DNA of 64,000 nt, taken from NCBI GenBank assembly GCA_000934665.2, contig KZ538164.1, forward strand, positions 1 to 64,000, given 5' to 3'. The stretch comes from Catajapyx aquilonaris (Eukaryota). Under the pieces are notes generated by a model. The model saw only the letters and a program-made list of their open reading frames with translations, had not been told where the DNA came from and made no database searches. Positions 34,601 through 49,578 of the stretch are shown here, in pieces. Numbering within the stretch: position 1 is the stretch's first letter; every line of letters begins with the position of its first letter. A program made the translations under genes and the position numbers.

Positions 34601-37600
34601 AAAGAAGTGGAGGACACAGGGTGGTTTCCTTGCATTTAGTCCGGAATGCGGGGCCAAGAAGACACTATTGGAAGGGGAAAGAAGGCTGATTGCACCAGGG
34701 ACACCCCCGTTTTATTAGACGGCCCTTTGGGGAGCGATGCGAGACATTGTTGCTGCCAGGAAAATCCCGACGGAATCCGGACGGAATCAGCCGGAATCCG
34801 CCAAAGTGCATTACCGCATTAAGAAGCCAATTTTCATTCCATCCTTCAGAAAAACGAGGGTACGAAACTATAAATATTTTTGAAGGAGTAAAAAATGAGC
34901 GGTCTTTAATCACTGCCAGATTAGCATAATAAATGGTGGGGGGGTTCGTGGCAGGAAAACAATATTGTGGGGGTCTGGCTCGATGTAAGTTTAACGGATT
35001 AGGGTTCGACAGCAGCAACTTATTGACTTATTGGTTTCGAACTTATGGAGCGAAATGATATAAATTCGTAATGTGCAAGGCGGGATGAAGAAAAAGGTTG
35101 GACGTGCCCCAGTAAGAAATGGCGTAAAATATGTTTTGGAGATCAACACGTTTCCGGGATTATCGTTTTAGATGAGGTGGGAGAAATTGATGGCGACAGG
35201 TGGTAAAAGGGCCCGAGGCGGTAGGATTTAAACCACCTTTTTTAAACCTCCCTACACCACACTCTTCCTCTTTGTTCAGCTCCACCTCTTTTTTTTCCCG
35301 TCTCTCCAGACTGAATAACTGCAGGTTAGCTACTGTCAAGAGGACACCATTTTGTAGAATTTATTTGACGAGGAAGGAGGTTTTTCCTCATTTCAAAAGC
35401 TGTTTCATGCATTGCGCTCGGAGAGAGCGCATTGTGTTGTGTTCCTTTTTTGAGGGCTGCATGTAACAGTATAGAGTAACCCACTTTGGAGTTTACTAAC
35501 AAGGGACGCAGCTGGCTCAAAAGAATGACGCGTTATTACATCAATGGCACGCAAAACTTCTCCATTGTCATAATGGCTCGCACCGTCACAGAAGAGCAAA
35601 CTTTTCATCACTTATCTCCTCTACACTATATATTTAAAAAAGGTGCTCTGTTTTACATTTATGTTCATTATATGATTTACGTTCTGTGGCGGGCAATGTA
35701 TTTCTTTAGTGAATAGCAGTGTTGTGTATTGGCGCAGTAAATGAAAAATAGTGCGTGATGCTTACTCATCCATCAGCACTAAATGATTTGACACATTTGG
35801 GGGGACCAATCAGACTCCAATTATCATACATCTTCATCTACTTCATCGCAGTATCGAGTGTCGCAAGGCTCGACACCAATAGAGCCAGGCATGAAAAAAA
35901 AAGTGATTAATTGCGATTTATTCGAGTAGTGGCGTGTGTGCACAAACCCACTTTCTTCATGTGTGCCAGCAGTCAATATTCCATCACACAGGCTCTTGCT
36001 TTCTCCTCAATTCCTCCGTACTTACTTTTGAAGAGGTTCATGGATGAGCGATTAAGCAGACCTCTCCCTCATAATGTAGTGCAGAAAGCCGACTCTGAGT
36101 CCTTTACCCTCCCTCCTTCCACCTCCTTTCCAACTGATTATACTCGCTGAAAGGGAGTCGTGGGAGGAAGGAGAGGACTGATGCCTTTCCGAATCTTCAA
36201 CAAGGCAACAGAGACGTGGGAGAAATCAACCAGTCCCAGCTGGATATAACCCTACAACAATCTGCTCTAAACACTCTCAGAGTATTTTCCAGCACACTCT
36301 GTACATACGCCCGCAGGGTTTTTTTTCCGCTATAAAATTTCTTTTTTTCTGGTTTGGAGTAAGTGCGCAGCAGTGAGTGCACTGCAGTTGGAATATCTCT
36401 TTCCCAAAGTGACAGGGCCCGGAAAACCCCTGGATTCCTCGAGCCGGATCCATTTAGTAATTCCGGTCACTTGATCCGAGGCCCGGAGCTTGGGAAATTT
36501 GGAATATTCTTCTCCATCTGTTCCTCTGTCAGATGAGGATTACCGCTATCCGTTACTCTGTCGCTTGGGACAGGTCAGATTCTCGAGGTCCTTCGGGGGC
36601 TCCGCGGACGAGCAGATTACAAACTCAGAGTCGTAGCCTACAGTACGTGCTCCTACGTTCCTACAGACATAATTAATTCAATTTGCAGAATATTTGTCAC
36701 ATTTTTTTGTCCCAGCCCAAAAGGTCCGATCGTCATGAATAGCGCTAATAGTCCCAACACAAGCAGCTATTAGAGGTCACCGGCCGGGAAATGCGTGCAG
36801 CCTGGGGATGATCCGATGGGTGCGACCATTTTTGCGGATGTATGAGTGCTTGCCGAGTGTCACAGGCGTGCTCAATCGAACCCAATCACGGCATACCGGG
36901 GCACAATGCTTGCTGCCTATGGGGAGCAGCAGGATGGATGTTAATAGAGCAGGATAGATAGATAGAGAGTGGAGTGGAGGGGGGGGGAGGAAAAAATCAG
37001 TTTAAAAAGCATTAGCTAAACGTGCAAATCGCGGCGGCATTTGAACAGCTAATGGCCCGTCACGTCACGTGCGCGCCATTTATTTTACCGCCGAAATAAT
37101 TTTCCACCCGCTTTTCCAAACGATGATTGCGTCTGGAGTGTCGTTATCTGCCCTCTACATGTCATATTTACCGATACCTGGTTCCGCATGCTGGTCCACG
37201 GGTTTGCGTGTAATTGGCCGTGCAGAACAATTATTGGCAGGGGGGGGGGGGTGAACGGTGAGTTTTGCAGGACAAACAGCCCCTGCTATTCAAACCTCCC
37301 GGACAATGGCATCAGCACGGACGCCATCGTGTTGTCTGTACACTGTACATGACGCTCGAATAATTGTTCAGACACCGTTAGGTTCGATCGGAAAAACATT
37401 CATGCCAACGTTACGTTCTGCTCAGTTGTGACGAGCAACTGTGACGTTCACTTTCAGATGCAAAGTATTCGATCCGTCCTCTTGAGACACAAGTCTCTCG
37501 AGATGCATTTCTGGTGGTTAGATGCTGGTTTGAGAGGAAGCGATGCGATCAGTCTAAAGTTGATCCCCGTTGCCTCCGAGCAGGAACTTTCTCCTTTCCT

Positions 37601-40600
37601 TCCTCTTTTTTTCCATATATATATCCGCCAGGGGTGTCAAAGTTGCAACCGGGGCTGGAGGTGTGGGTTACGTCGCCAAGTAGTGTATCTCCAGGCACTA
37701 TTCCGCCTCCGCCTAATGGCTCGTGATGGGATTTGAGCCCCGTGAAAAGAGCGCGAGAAAAGAGAGAGAGAGAGAAAATGCAGAAACCTTTTAGCTACAC
37801 TGGAGAAGGAAATCTTTCAGATCTGAAGACTTTCTATCTCGCACACACACACATTGCAGATTTTTTTTAGCACAGGTCATGGGGCCGGCAATGTTGATGG
37901 CCAATTCGTAGTTGGGAAGCCGTGACTAAGTGGATTTGCGAGCATGTCGAGAGGCTGGTTCCATCCGAGCACTCTGTTGCAGCGATCGGGCTAAGATGCC
38001 AGCGGGGCATTGTCTTTCAACAATGGCGCGCAGGGCTGGTAGTGACAGACTTTTGCCCAAGTTTTCATCGTGTTTTATTCTAATGAGTGGTTTATGTAGC
38101 TGACGATTTCATGTATGGTCTGTGGACTTCAAAGGGCGCGTTATGTTTTTGAACCGTGCAAAGAGCGACGGTACATTTGAATGGGCGGGGAGAGAGAAAA
38201 AAAACCTGGTTTTGAAAATAATTCCTGGCTTTTGACAAGTACTGGAAGTCATATAATGGTGCGCTAGCAGTGTGTAAGTTTAATTTAACTTTGAGACATA
38301 ACTTGCCTTATCTCGCAGCTCAAGTTATGGATGAATCTTGCAATTATTCACTCTGAATAATTACACAAAGTTTTCGCTAATTTAGCCAAACGAACTCCCA
38401 GTAAATCTTTCAAAAATGAATATCTGGCTGCCCTTCCTCTCTAACTACAGGGTGACCCATTGATCCCTCCAAACCTTTTTTTTCTTCAACCCCACTAACA
38501 ATAAGTAGTTTTAGCATTTGGCGCCCTTTTGTCTTATATGAACAAGCTGGATAAGTACCAAGCCTTGCAGCGGCAGCTTTTCCTGGAACTGTACCAATGG
38601 CCAGACTGCAGTTATTCCAGGCCTGGAGATACGTTTTCCAAATATTCGCAGGTTTTTGCATTTTTTGGGAGGGCGAAAGGAAGGGGGAAAAAACTTCTGC
38701 TTCCTCCTTTATTGCTACCCGAGGGAGTATGACTCTCTGTATGCTCCGAACGTAATACAGCCCTGCGAGACGATAGATTTGTACGTAGTCAGCGGTTCGA
38801 GGCTGGTGATTCCATCGCAACTCGTCTCCCGAGTTTTTACGCACGTTTGGCAATTTCCAGACTGGCCTGGTTAAAACTATGCGGCTTGAAAACTAGAAAG
38901 TGCGAGCGTATGACCCCCTAACATTGCTTAAGAGGAACAACTGCAATGCGGACAGATATTCGGAATCCGTTTTTGGAGACTTTTTTTTTACTACAACTCT
39001 TTTTTTTGTGTGTGTGTCTCCTTCTCTAGCATTCTCTAGCTTGAAACCATATGCTGATGGGAGGGGTCCTTTCTCCTCTTTTTTTATTATTTCTCCCTCT
39101 CCCTTCTTCTCTATCTTTTTTGGGGGGGTGGAAGAGACAGTAGTTGGTTCGCATCCAACGTTTTCTGCTGCTGCAATTGTCCTGATTCGAAGGGAAGTTA
39201 CTGTGGAATCAGAGTCGGACAAGGACAAAGTCGCACTTATATTGGGGCGCTCGATATTTATTTAGGACCCAGATTCTGTGCCATTTTGGCCAGGACCCTG
39301 CTGCAAAACGGTTTGCCGACATTGCTTGTTTATAGCGAATCTCCACCAAATGGGAGGACAGAAAGTTACGTAATATTTATAGTTGTGTTTTGTATGCAGG
39401 GCATCCGGAGCACTGCCAGCAAATTACGGTTATGACGCCTTCAATCTGCAATAAGTTAATTATTGCTTCAAAACCTATTTAATGCCAACAGAGCTAAACA
39501 GCATAGGAGCGGCATAACAACAAATTCAATTAAAAGAGCCTGGATTCGAATCCAAGTTGACATGGTTGTTGCCTATCAAGTCTGCTTAACTCACAGGACG
39601 TATTGCGTCGATCAATTCGACGTGACTGCTGCTCCCCGACGCCGCCATGGAATATCCAATGGGGCTGTTCCCTCCTAACAAATAATTATTGTGCCGCTCG
39701 TCGAGTTAAATAATTTAATTGACTTCGCGACAGGACCATCAGATTGCACCAAAGCCTGTACAGAGTTAACGGCCATTATTTCATTATTAGCTTATATATC
39801 GTACAAATTAATATACATAGACGTAACATTATTTCAGAGTCTGTGTATGACGTCTACAATTTATGTGTGAATATATGGGCAATGATCCAAGAAATATATT
39901 TGTATAAATGTATCCCAATCACATCCAACAATCCTCCATAAGTAAGCAGCTCTGAATCATTATTCGATAGGCCTGAAACCATCTGGACCATTTTTTAAAA
40001 CTAGACACTAGTGGTGGTGATTGTGGTCCCAACCACTTCTCCTGAATGACACTGAGTTGTGTTCAATGTTGTGTTTTTTCAAACCGCTGGTAAATCAGGC
40101 CGAATTTTTATTATTATGGCGACCTGCCCTTCAGAATAATAGATAGCGGTCGCATTTATCACGGTGGTTCAACGATGCTTTTGTGTACTCCACAGTTGAA
40201 ACTGTTCGGTTTTCCACCCCTCCCACCCCATCCCATCTCCCCCTCTCCATCATGCTAAATATTGGAAATCAATCGCATTTGGTACAGTTGCACACAAAGA
40301 TTACTTTGTCCCGAATCTAATCGGTCACAAAACATATTTTTGTGGGCGGTTTGAGGGATGGCTCGGAACAAACAGGCTCTTCTCACGCAGCTCAATAAAT
40401 TTGACCATCTCCACAAACACAAAAAAAACTATCATCAATACGGTCGTTGTCAGACCCGTAAAAAAAAGTAGGGCTGTCATGGCTATGGCTTTTTGTGTTT
40501 CCCTTGCTTTTCGAGTGGTCAAATACTATTAATTACAGGCGAGAACGTGCGCACCGGTCAGCGCAAATGAGGTCCAGCAAGCACCATCAGATGGCCCCAC

Positions 40601-43600
40601 CCATTTCTGTGACTAATTTGGGAAAGGGCTTCCAGTGTGTTGATGACAAACGACGCTTGATCGTCGTGATAGCTGGCGAAAATGAGTCCCTTTTCCCCCC
40701 CGTACCACATGGAGATTCTGGGAGAGTTAATCTGGAGATGCCATGCAGACTCTACGTTTCGGGTGCAGTTTATCTCTCAGAGGCGAGACCACCCCCTTTG
40801 GCCCCTCTTTTGCCCCCCCGGAAAAGCGGCGTGAATAATTAGGCCCTGTGTGCAGAGTCGTGCCCTTGCAAAATGCACTGTCATCCCTGAAATTGATGCC
40901 CATGTTAAATGCCACGGAAGTTTGGTTGGTAGGACAGGCAAGAAATGCGAGATAAATTATTATTGCTACTTCCTATCAAAATTATCAATTTGTGTCGAAT
41001 AACGAGTTTAAGTGGCCTTCATATCCTCTCCACATCACTCTAAACAAGTAATAGTGTGTACAGTGCATCTAGTGTGCATTCCTGTGCCTCAGCAAATATC
41101 CGCTCAGTGGTGTTGGTCACGTTTTGTTACGCCTCCTCCCATTTGGCCGACAACAATGTGTCCCGCAGTGCCTTGTTGAAATCCAATTGGGCTCCTTCCC
41201 ATGGCAACACCCCTATACATCACTCGGGTGACGTATGTTGGAAGCGTGACACTGTCGGGCCTTCTAGTCCTGATTGAAAAATTTATTGTGGATAAGTGTA
41301 CGTGTCCTGGAGCATTGCTTGATGGGGGGAAAAGGGTTGAGAGGAATGAGAACCGTAGCCTGAGGATTCTTGCTGGTTGAAATGCCTCTCCGACTGTCGC
41401 CAAATTGGCTTAGAGGGGGGGGGGGACTAGATTGTTGGGGGGAGGGTAGGGGAGTTAAAAGGACGAAACGGGTGTGTGAACTGACTGCGGAATGTAGCCA
41501 ACCAGCTCTCCAGTACTGAGGGAAGGGTCGACCTGCTGACTTGGGCTATTAGTATAAACACGGCTTTGAATAACGCAGGCAAGTACAACCGATATATACA
41601 GTGCTTCAGGACGACAAATACAGTAGTCAACCTCCCCTGGAAGGCAGGTCCGGAAGTCAACATGCGGGCTGCACTGTACTATGTGTGCTGTTACCAATGT
41701 AGAAATAACCAGCACTTGCTGAATTAGGCATCTTGTAACAATATACGGAGGCTCAATTGTAGTGGGTACATCCCTGAATTATTCCGCTTCTTTGCTGCTG
41801 TGCACGAGTAATTGTAAACAACGTACTGTTCTCCCTGAAAAGAACTCTGCACTTCATCGCTATTTAAATCAGTAAAATCCAGCAGAAATATTTTATCAAC
41901 CCTACCTTTTTTTTTTAAAAAAAGGCTTTCCCGTCACAGCATTGCCCTTATTCTTCAGTCGTGTCACGGGCCAAGTAGCAATTTCTATACAGATACTTGT
42001 AGGAATAAGGGGGCCATAGAGTGTGAAAGATATACACTCGTCGAGAGAAGGGGGGGAGAATACAGTGTCCATCCATAATTCATCCCCCCCAGATATATTT
42101 TACACCCCCAGGAGCAGAAAGCAGACTCGAGTTATGTGCGAAACATTGTGCGCCATTTCCGTTATGGTGCGTCCCGCTGTTTCAGACTGCTTTTCGCATA
42201 AGACCCCCTCCGAAATCAAGAGGGGCGCATTAAGCGCGAATTCCAAGTGAGCTGAGTTTATGGCCATTTCTTCCTCCATTTCTTCCCACTGAAGCCGGCT
42301 TTTGAATTTGGCGACACTTACAGTCGACACCCGTATTTATTTGTGCAGGTGTCACTCGGAGGAGTCAGGCCAGAAGTGATTTAGTATGGTCTATAGTTTG
42401 GCAAAATAGCACTGTTGCTGAAAAATAGCAGCGACTTGAATGTAACCTAATTTTAACTGAACACAGTCGGCCACTGTTTATTTTCTGGTTGACACGCAGT
42501 TGATCGACGGTAAACCCAGAATAAGTAATTAATCCTACACGAATAACATCGACCACACAACCAGCTCTATAAGACTGAGAAAATATAAAGCTCTCATTTT
42601 TTGTTGTTGTTCGGATTATAGTCAAAAATCGGCACCTTCTGTAAGGTTATAAAATGCGTGGACGGGACCTCCTGTCGTGGGGGCTGGCGCATGTCCGAGG
42701 CGTCTTTTGTTGCCCCCGCGGCGCAATGAGACGTGACAAAAAAGGAGGCCGCTTTCTTGATAAAGCCTCGGAAGCTTTTGGAGGGGACAGGTCATGCGAG
42801 CGTGGGGACAAGAAACATCAATTTTGCCGGACGAGAAAAATGAGTCCGGGGAAATAAGGGGCCCAACACGCATGGGTTTGACGGGAACCAACTTCCACCT
42901 AGCAATTCCACTGCTTGCTTCGGCCACTACTGTGTTAGAGAGCCTCCAGGTTTTTTAAGGACTGTAATTACTTCACCGCTGGGGAGCGTTAAAAATGCCT
43001 CCAATACATGATGCACGCTGTGGGATCAATGCCAGGGTTTTAATCAAAAATAGGTCCGACATTGCTGAATAATTGAAATGTTAATAAAAATTAATTATTT
43101 CCAGTTCTTACTGAACGCATGACTGACAAAATTCATAGCAGCAAATGTCACGAATGTATAATTTGTTTGCAGCGGTATCGACTGGCAGTGGCTGGCGGTC
43201 GGTCCATTGAATCTTGAATATCTTTTACCCCATTGACAATGTTGCCTCATTGTCACGGACATGGAGGCTTCCATTGATGATATGAGCCCTTACAGGCCTG
43301 CTAATTATGCTCGCTATTCATGAAACCCGCACGTATGTAATCAGTATATAAATAATATAATGTGTGCGGTGTGTAATAACTTATATAATTATGGAATGTA
43401 TATACATAATAGCACTGCCAGTAGGCAACACCCATTAATTAATATATCTTACACCCATTACAGAACTTCCCTGTTGGACAGTCGAGTCAACAAAATTGGC
43501 TCCAATTTAATCCAAATTTTTTTAATAATCAGAAATCCGGGCCACTTTCACGCACCTGTTAACCGCGATGTAAATGTTGCCTAATTGGATGCTCCGGCAG

Positions 43601-46350
43601 TCTTCACGCCTATTTAGGCCGCACAACGTGCTGGAAAACCTCTTATACTTTACATGTGAAGCGAGAGAATTGGTGTATACACTGCCTTGCTGTGTAACGA
43701 GCGCTTGTTTATTCCCCAAGCTTCGGCTCATGAACCAATATCGCATTTATTAGGCGGAAAAAAATGTCCGTTATTGGAAGGAAATCGCATCTAGTGGACT
43801 CTAGAGAAGCGGAAATTTCATCCGGAGGTTTGGAGGATTTAGCTTGTGTAGATTTCGCGTCTGTTGTTCGTAGAAAAGCCACTGCGTGCAGATGAGGGAG
43901 AAAATTGATCTCATTTAGCTCCTGAAGTTTGTTTAAATTTTAAACTCATTACGCGTGTGCTTGAGGAAAAGGAAAAGGGGGGTGCTTTAATTCGCTTATG
44001 CGACTAATTTTCTCCGCCAGCCGCTGGAGGTACTTTACTTACGGATGGCCAGCTCCAGGGGACTTATTGCTATACTCATTTGTGAACGCTCTCTCTCTAC
44101 ATATACACAGCATTCCATTTTAATGCATTTATGCTCGTTACGATTTGAACTGGAAATTCCACAACACGCGTGAAATAATCCGCATTTATGCGTTCTGTTT
44201 TCATTTCCACCTCGTTCCCACGCTTGCTGTTTATAATATTAAAAAACAGCGGTGGTTGAGCGGTTTGATGCTTTTAATGTGTTTATTGGGACATTTCAAT
44301 TGATGGCAAAAAAATGTTTTGGTGGGCCGGGATGTCAATTTGCAGTATTCCCGATGGTTAGAGAAAATTGTTGGCGCTTCCACCAAAATGTTTTGTTGTG
44401 GTATGTCGCTGGAAGTAGGTAGCCGCGATTTTCACAGCATTGGACCGGGTAATGACAAGAACTGCAGGCATTTATGCGCATTTATGTCGTTTAGGCTAAT
44501 AAAGTTTTACATTCCATAATTAGTGCGGTTTCATGCCAGTGTTTCAACCCGTCGAATTAGTGAATAAAGCCATCGCCGTGAAATTTGAAAACGGTGACTA
44601 TAACGGGAGCGGGAGATAACTTTTTCATCAGTGCATTAGCCGTAAAGAGGTGCTGGGTCCATGCGGTGTCATGCCATCAGGGGCCATTCTCCAAACCGAC
44701 CTATCGACAAAATCGCATAAATTTTAAGTGAAAAATAGGTGGATTCAATAAACCACGCATTTGTAGACAGAAAACTGCTTACAACGAATCAATTTCTAGT
44801 GGTTACAGAAATGGGTCGTGGCCCTGGGACGAATTTGGGGACACAACATTGAACCAGGCAGATCCGCGTTGAAGAGGAATTCCGGGAGTGGTGTGGATAT
44901 CAAAAGAGGATGATGAGGAAGGAAAAGGCAGCAAGGAGGGGAAAGGGAAGGGTTTGTCAATCGAAAGGAACGTTGTCTCCTGCCGGGTCTTTCGTCGATA
45001 AATTGATTATTTAACTCTCGGGAGATCACCGGGTTGAGCTTTCGGCATCCGACATCGACTTTCTCTCGGGTCGCACTGGTTTGTTGGGCCAACGGAATCC
45101 TCCTGACAAATAGCGAACTGGTTCCAAACCCATCGATTCCCCCCTGTATATAGCTAGGTCCGGACCTAATGCTGTTATCCAATCCGCACTACTTTTTTTT
45201 TGCAGGTGGAAGACAACCGGGCTTGGTTGCCAAAAAATTATGAGATCCGGTAGATGGATTGTCTCCCACCCTCACTCTGAAGCAGCACACATATATACAT
45301 GCAAAGTTGAGCTGTCAGCTGCAGGCCACCCAAGCAGTGTCCCCCCAACTGTTTATTGGGTGTAATGCATGTATTGCCCTGTGTTTACCACTAATCAGTG
45401 CATTCATGGACAAACGGTGACTGTCACTTGTTGCCTGACGCACTGCCCTGGCTCAAAGGGTTGACTGCATTTCATGTGGTCGACATGTGTGTTGCATGGT
45501 GGTGCACTGGCCAACAATGGAAAAGAAAGGGGGGGGGGAAGGGTTCCTGATTGTTTACTCCTGGAACCAGCAGTTTGCAGCTTTCGAAAATTTTCCAAAC
45601 AACTTTCAGCGCCTTTTACGACTTTCACTAAACGATTGGAACACATGGTACTGATCATAATTGCGAAAGAAAATGCATCTCTCCCACTAAAACTCCAGCA
45701 TTTGGGAGATTTCATTGTCTCAATTTTTTCCTCCCCTCTCTCTCTTATAGCAATGTAAGCTCTCCCTCCCTCCAAGCATTGAACAGTCGGCAGTAAAACG
45801 CTTTTGTGCGCAAAGTTCTGGTTGCGATCACAAGTTACGTGACTAACTCTGCAAATGTTGCTTATTGGACGAGAGGGTAAGGGGCTTTTCCATTCCCTCT
45901 GCTGCTGTGTGTATATGTACCGTAGAATATCGCTTTTCCTGGATGCATTTTGGAACCAAGGCGACTGCTTTTTGCCTCCCCCCTTTTTGCTGCTTCCGAA
46001 TTCCTGCCGGATTCCGAGGACTTCTCTTTAGCCCAATGTTGCCCGTATATACATGCACTACTGATGATGGAGACTTTCCCCGGAGCCAGCAGAAGTGGAG
46101 GGGGGGGGGGATATCGAACGGATGCATATTTCGGGTGCTACGCCATGTAAAGTAGGGACGTTTTGAGAGCGCTGTTTTGGATGAGAAATTGGAAGCCTCC
46201 GCGACGATAATGGCCTTCTGTGGTGCATATATCGCCATTAGGAAGATTACCTTGCCCATAAAGCCGGAATCATTGATAAAGGTACCTGCCGGGATCTTTC
46301 TAATTACTTGAAATTTTACTCCGGCCATCCCCCCATGTTAAAAACGGGTT

Positions 46351-46406
46351 GCAGATGGATTATAGCCCAGGGAAAGGGGCTTGCCTCAGGGCTATAATCC
46401 ATCTGC
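46351..46406. repeat. Perfect 18-bp inverted repeat forming a ~56-nt hairpin
   Basis: GCAGATGGATTATAGCCC (46351-46368) ... GGGCTATAATCCATCTGC (46389-46406), with a 20-nt partly pairable spacer. Confidence 0.9.
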
Positions 46407-49400
46407 CTCCCCGAGTTTTTTTTTCCCCGAGCAAAATTGTGGGAATGGAAAAACGTTCGCATCCACAAGTCGTTTGTTTTAAAACTAAACCAAACTTAGA
46501 GCCGGTTGGATCAACTCAAATTAACGAGAAAATCTCCAATTATGCAATGTACATTATCGTAAATTTAGTTTAATTTGTGTTCACACAGCCTATAAGAAAA
46601 CGAAAAAATAAACCCGCTAATCTGTAACCGGTACATCTGTAATTATTATCAGTACTGATGCTTCATGAAATACCCGTGGTTGCTTCCCCCCCATTGTTCG
46701 ACACGTGTATTGATTCTCTCATTTTATGTTTCACAACGCTAATTTAATATATTGAGAGTGAAGTGATAATCCATCACGAATGACGCAGAGCACACAACCT
46801 GTGCACCAGTCGTGCTCGTTACTGTATGCACAAAGCGCAGCAGATTGCTCCAAAAATACCATCAAAACTTGCTTCCGCTCCGAGCGTATTTTCGCACTGA
46901 ATTGGTTCATTAATATGATATACAACAAAATCTACGTCGAAGCCATGTATAATTGGCATGTTGAATTTACTGAAATGTTACGAGAGCTGTTTTAACATAT
47001 AAATATTTATTAAATATTTTCAAGCCTGTGCGAAGTGCAGATGCGACGTATAAGTTAACGGGAGTCAGATTTAATAGCGGCTATATAGGAAGAATAAGAA
47101 GCGGCAACAACGCTCGTGGATCGCTTTGTATGCAAATCCGGGCTGTCCTGGCCGATTATAAATGAAGCTTTTCGTCCAGCCACCTTCTGGGAGGGTTGGG
47201 TTAATCAATACGACATGGAGAGCACGTAGATGGGACGAGAAGGGACATGTTGCACGCAGGCGATCGCACCGAAACATTTGTCACGTGAGGAAAGGACTAA
47301 AGGTTCAAAGTGCTCGATTTCTGCTGGGAACTATGTACAGTACACACTGCTGGTGGCACCAGGGCATATTCCTGAGTATATTCCCTAAGATGCCTGCTGG
47401 GAGAGGCAATATTTCCAGGCCCCGATGGTTCTCCACTGGACGTGAAATTTATAAACATGACCCTATTAGCCTTGTTATTTTAAGGCGCACTCAGCACACA
47501 CACTACAGTGTGCACTAAACTTTCTGGAGGCATTAAGTATTAGGTTATATCAAGATAATTGCCCGTAACTAGGGGCAGCAATTACCCCCCCCCCCTTTTC
47601 ATCAACTGGACCTTGTTGCAAATTCCTTATCAATTGGGCGGAATCTCCTCACTCATTTGAGTCCGGGTTTAATCAGGCCTGTCGGGGCAGGAAAGGCTGC
47701 GTCTTCAGTTGGTTACCTGTCAACACCAAGTCGTTTGAAGCCGGACCCAAAACCACCAACCGTCCACCCGCAGATTTGCTATTCCGAATAGGGTAAAGCC
47801 ACTTGGTCATCAACGTCGTTTGAAAGGACTTGCGGCTTAATTAGCCACCTGATACCCTACACACACCGCCGTTGCAACTAGACGTGGCGAGCAAGGTGGT
47901 GATTTTTGACCAACAGCAATTGACACTATCAGTGGCCGTGAGCAGAATTTTCAAAAGGAATTAGTGACACACCCTGTGTGTGGTCAGCTGCGTCACTCTG
48001 GTGATGAACGAGCCGAATATTAACGCCCGTCTCTGTTGGACATTTTTTTAGGCTTCGAGTTTTTTTTGTGTGTCGCGTGATTGATAGCGTAATATATTTA
48101 ACAAGCATGGACATTGTTTACGGGCCGGGTTGCACAAACCGTCATTTTAATGAGCTTATTTTCGTCAAAAGCAGCTGTCACTGACCGTATTCCGGGACAG
48201 ATGTTTTTATTGTCAGGCCCTTCCCCACCATTTTATATCGACGTTTCCATGAAATTTATATAAAAAAAATTTACAGCGTTCGATATGGAAGCACTTTAAC
48301 AATCAGTGTTGACAGAGGCGTCACCATGTTTGTGAGATGCTTCACTCTTATCCCGTTAGAAGAGTGGGAAAATGGCAGGGGGCTTACTTAAGAACCACCC
48401 TTTTTTGGCAGGGTACAGTATGGCTCTAATGGCACCTCATTGTCGAAGTTCCCTAATGAATTTCCATAAGCTCTTGATGCAACTTAGCCCCCTTTAAAAA
48501 GAGGCCTATTAGGAAAATCACTGAGCAAGGGAATGATCGTTTGGTGTACCTTCGACACTCCCAGATGCCGTAAGATATCTCTCTGGAAATGCTGGATGAT
48601 TTAAAGGCGCTGACATTTTTTTTCTTCTCCCTCTCTCTGTCCCCCCGTCTCAAGATTCACGGGGGAAGGTGGTTGGAAGGCAGGAGGTGGGATTTGTACA
48701 AAATTTCCCAATCTATATGCTGCAGTCGGCGATTTCATATTACGGATCGAGGCAATATAGTGCGCGACACGTGACTCCATGAAATTTAAATTGCCCCGTT
48801 TTAAGTGGGTCCTTTTTTTTACTAAGGATGGGAGGTTGGGGGAAATTCTATGATCAGACTTCGATTTGCTATTACAAGTGGACTTGACGACACATGTTGG
48901 CGTTACGTCAAGAGGAGGCCATTTTAACAGGCGTAGGGAGGAGGAGATCGTTTTCGATTCCACGGTTATTGGCAGTCTCGTTACTGACGGTAAATAAGGC
49001 AGGAGTTTGGTCCCCCCAACTATGGGTTGTGTATCCAAGGCCTGGAAATTGCGTTGTCGCCGTTACAGTCGCAGTCAACAGGGTTCGTAAAAGGACGCAG
49101 GATTGCCCATTATACGACTGTATATGGCAGCAATGCTAAAATCGCAACAATTCTCAGGCTACAATCCTGGTTATGGACTTCGAAGGGCTTTGAGAGCCAC
49201 TTTCTGAAAACAAATTTGCAGAATGTTGCAATCATTTTTTTTTAAATTGTTAGCTGCAGGTTTGCATGTCCAGGAGTCCAAGTCCAAAATATTAGATGAA
49301 CCTGCACTGCCCGTTGTTAATTTTCACCTAAGGAGTTCCACTCTGGGCCAGCTGCTTGATGAATGGTTTAATTTGGAAATGGATTAGGTTCAAGGCGAAA

Positions 49401-49578
49401 TTTAAAGTCAGCAAGGGCCAGAGGAATGGAAATCGAAATCAATAGGTTTCGTGTGGGGATTGTGAGAAAGCGCGTATCTTTCGAATTCCATTGGCTCCAA
49501 ATTGCGTGTGCGCTACTTCTGATCTCTCAGGATGCCTCTTTTTCTCTCTCTCTCTTTTTCTTGACTCGCTCCTTACAG

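Noticed and set aside
38529..38732. KLDKYQAL resembling the KxxKY motif of RLE-type non-LTR retrotransposon endonucleases
   Set aside because: There is an in-frame stop just upstream and no PD..D, CCHC or reverse transcriptase motifs nearby.
40325..40522. Small ORF with a transmembrane-like segment (and a signal-like ORF at 61245-61427)
   Set aside because: Hydrophobicity at 40325-40522 comes largely from T-runs, and neither ORF has any other coding evidence.
42911..42924. TGCTTGCTTCGGC resembling the U6 snRNA 5' end; also short seed-like matches to miR-10 (~21209), miR-34 (~16193) and miR-305 (~5920)
   Set aside because: The matches stop after 9-13 nt, with no remaining gene sequence or appropriate precursor.
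45925..45965. Minus-strand WFQNASRK resembling homeodomain helix 3
   Set aside because: No flanking homeodomain residues (no upstream V/I-K/Q-I/V, no R-x-K pattern after WFQN); a chance match.
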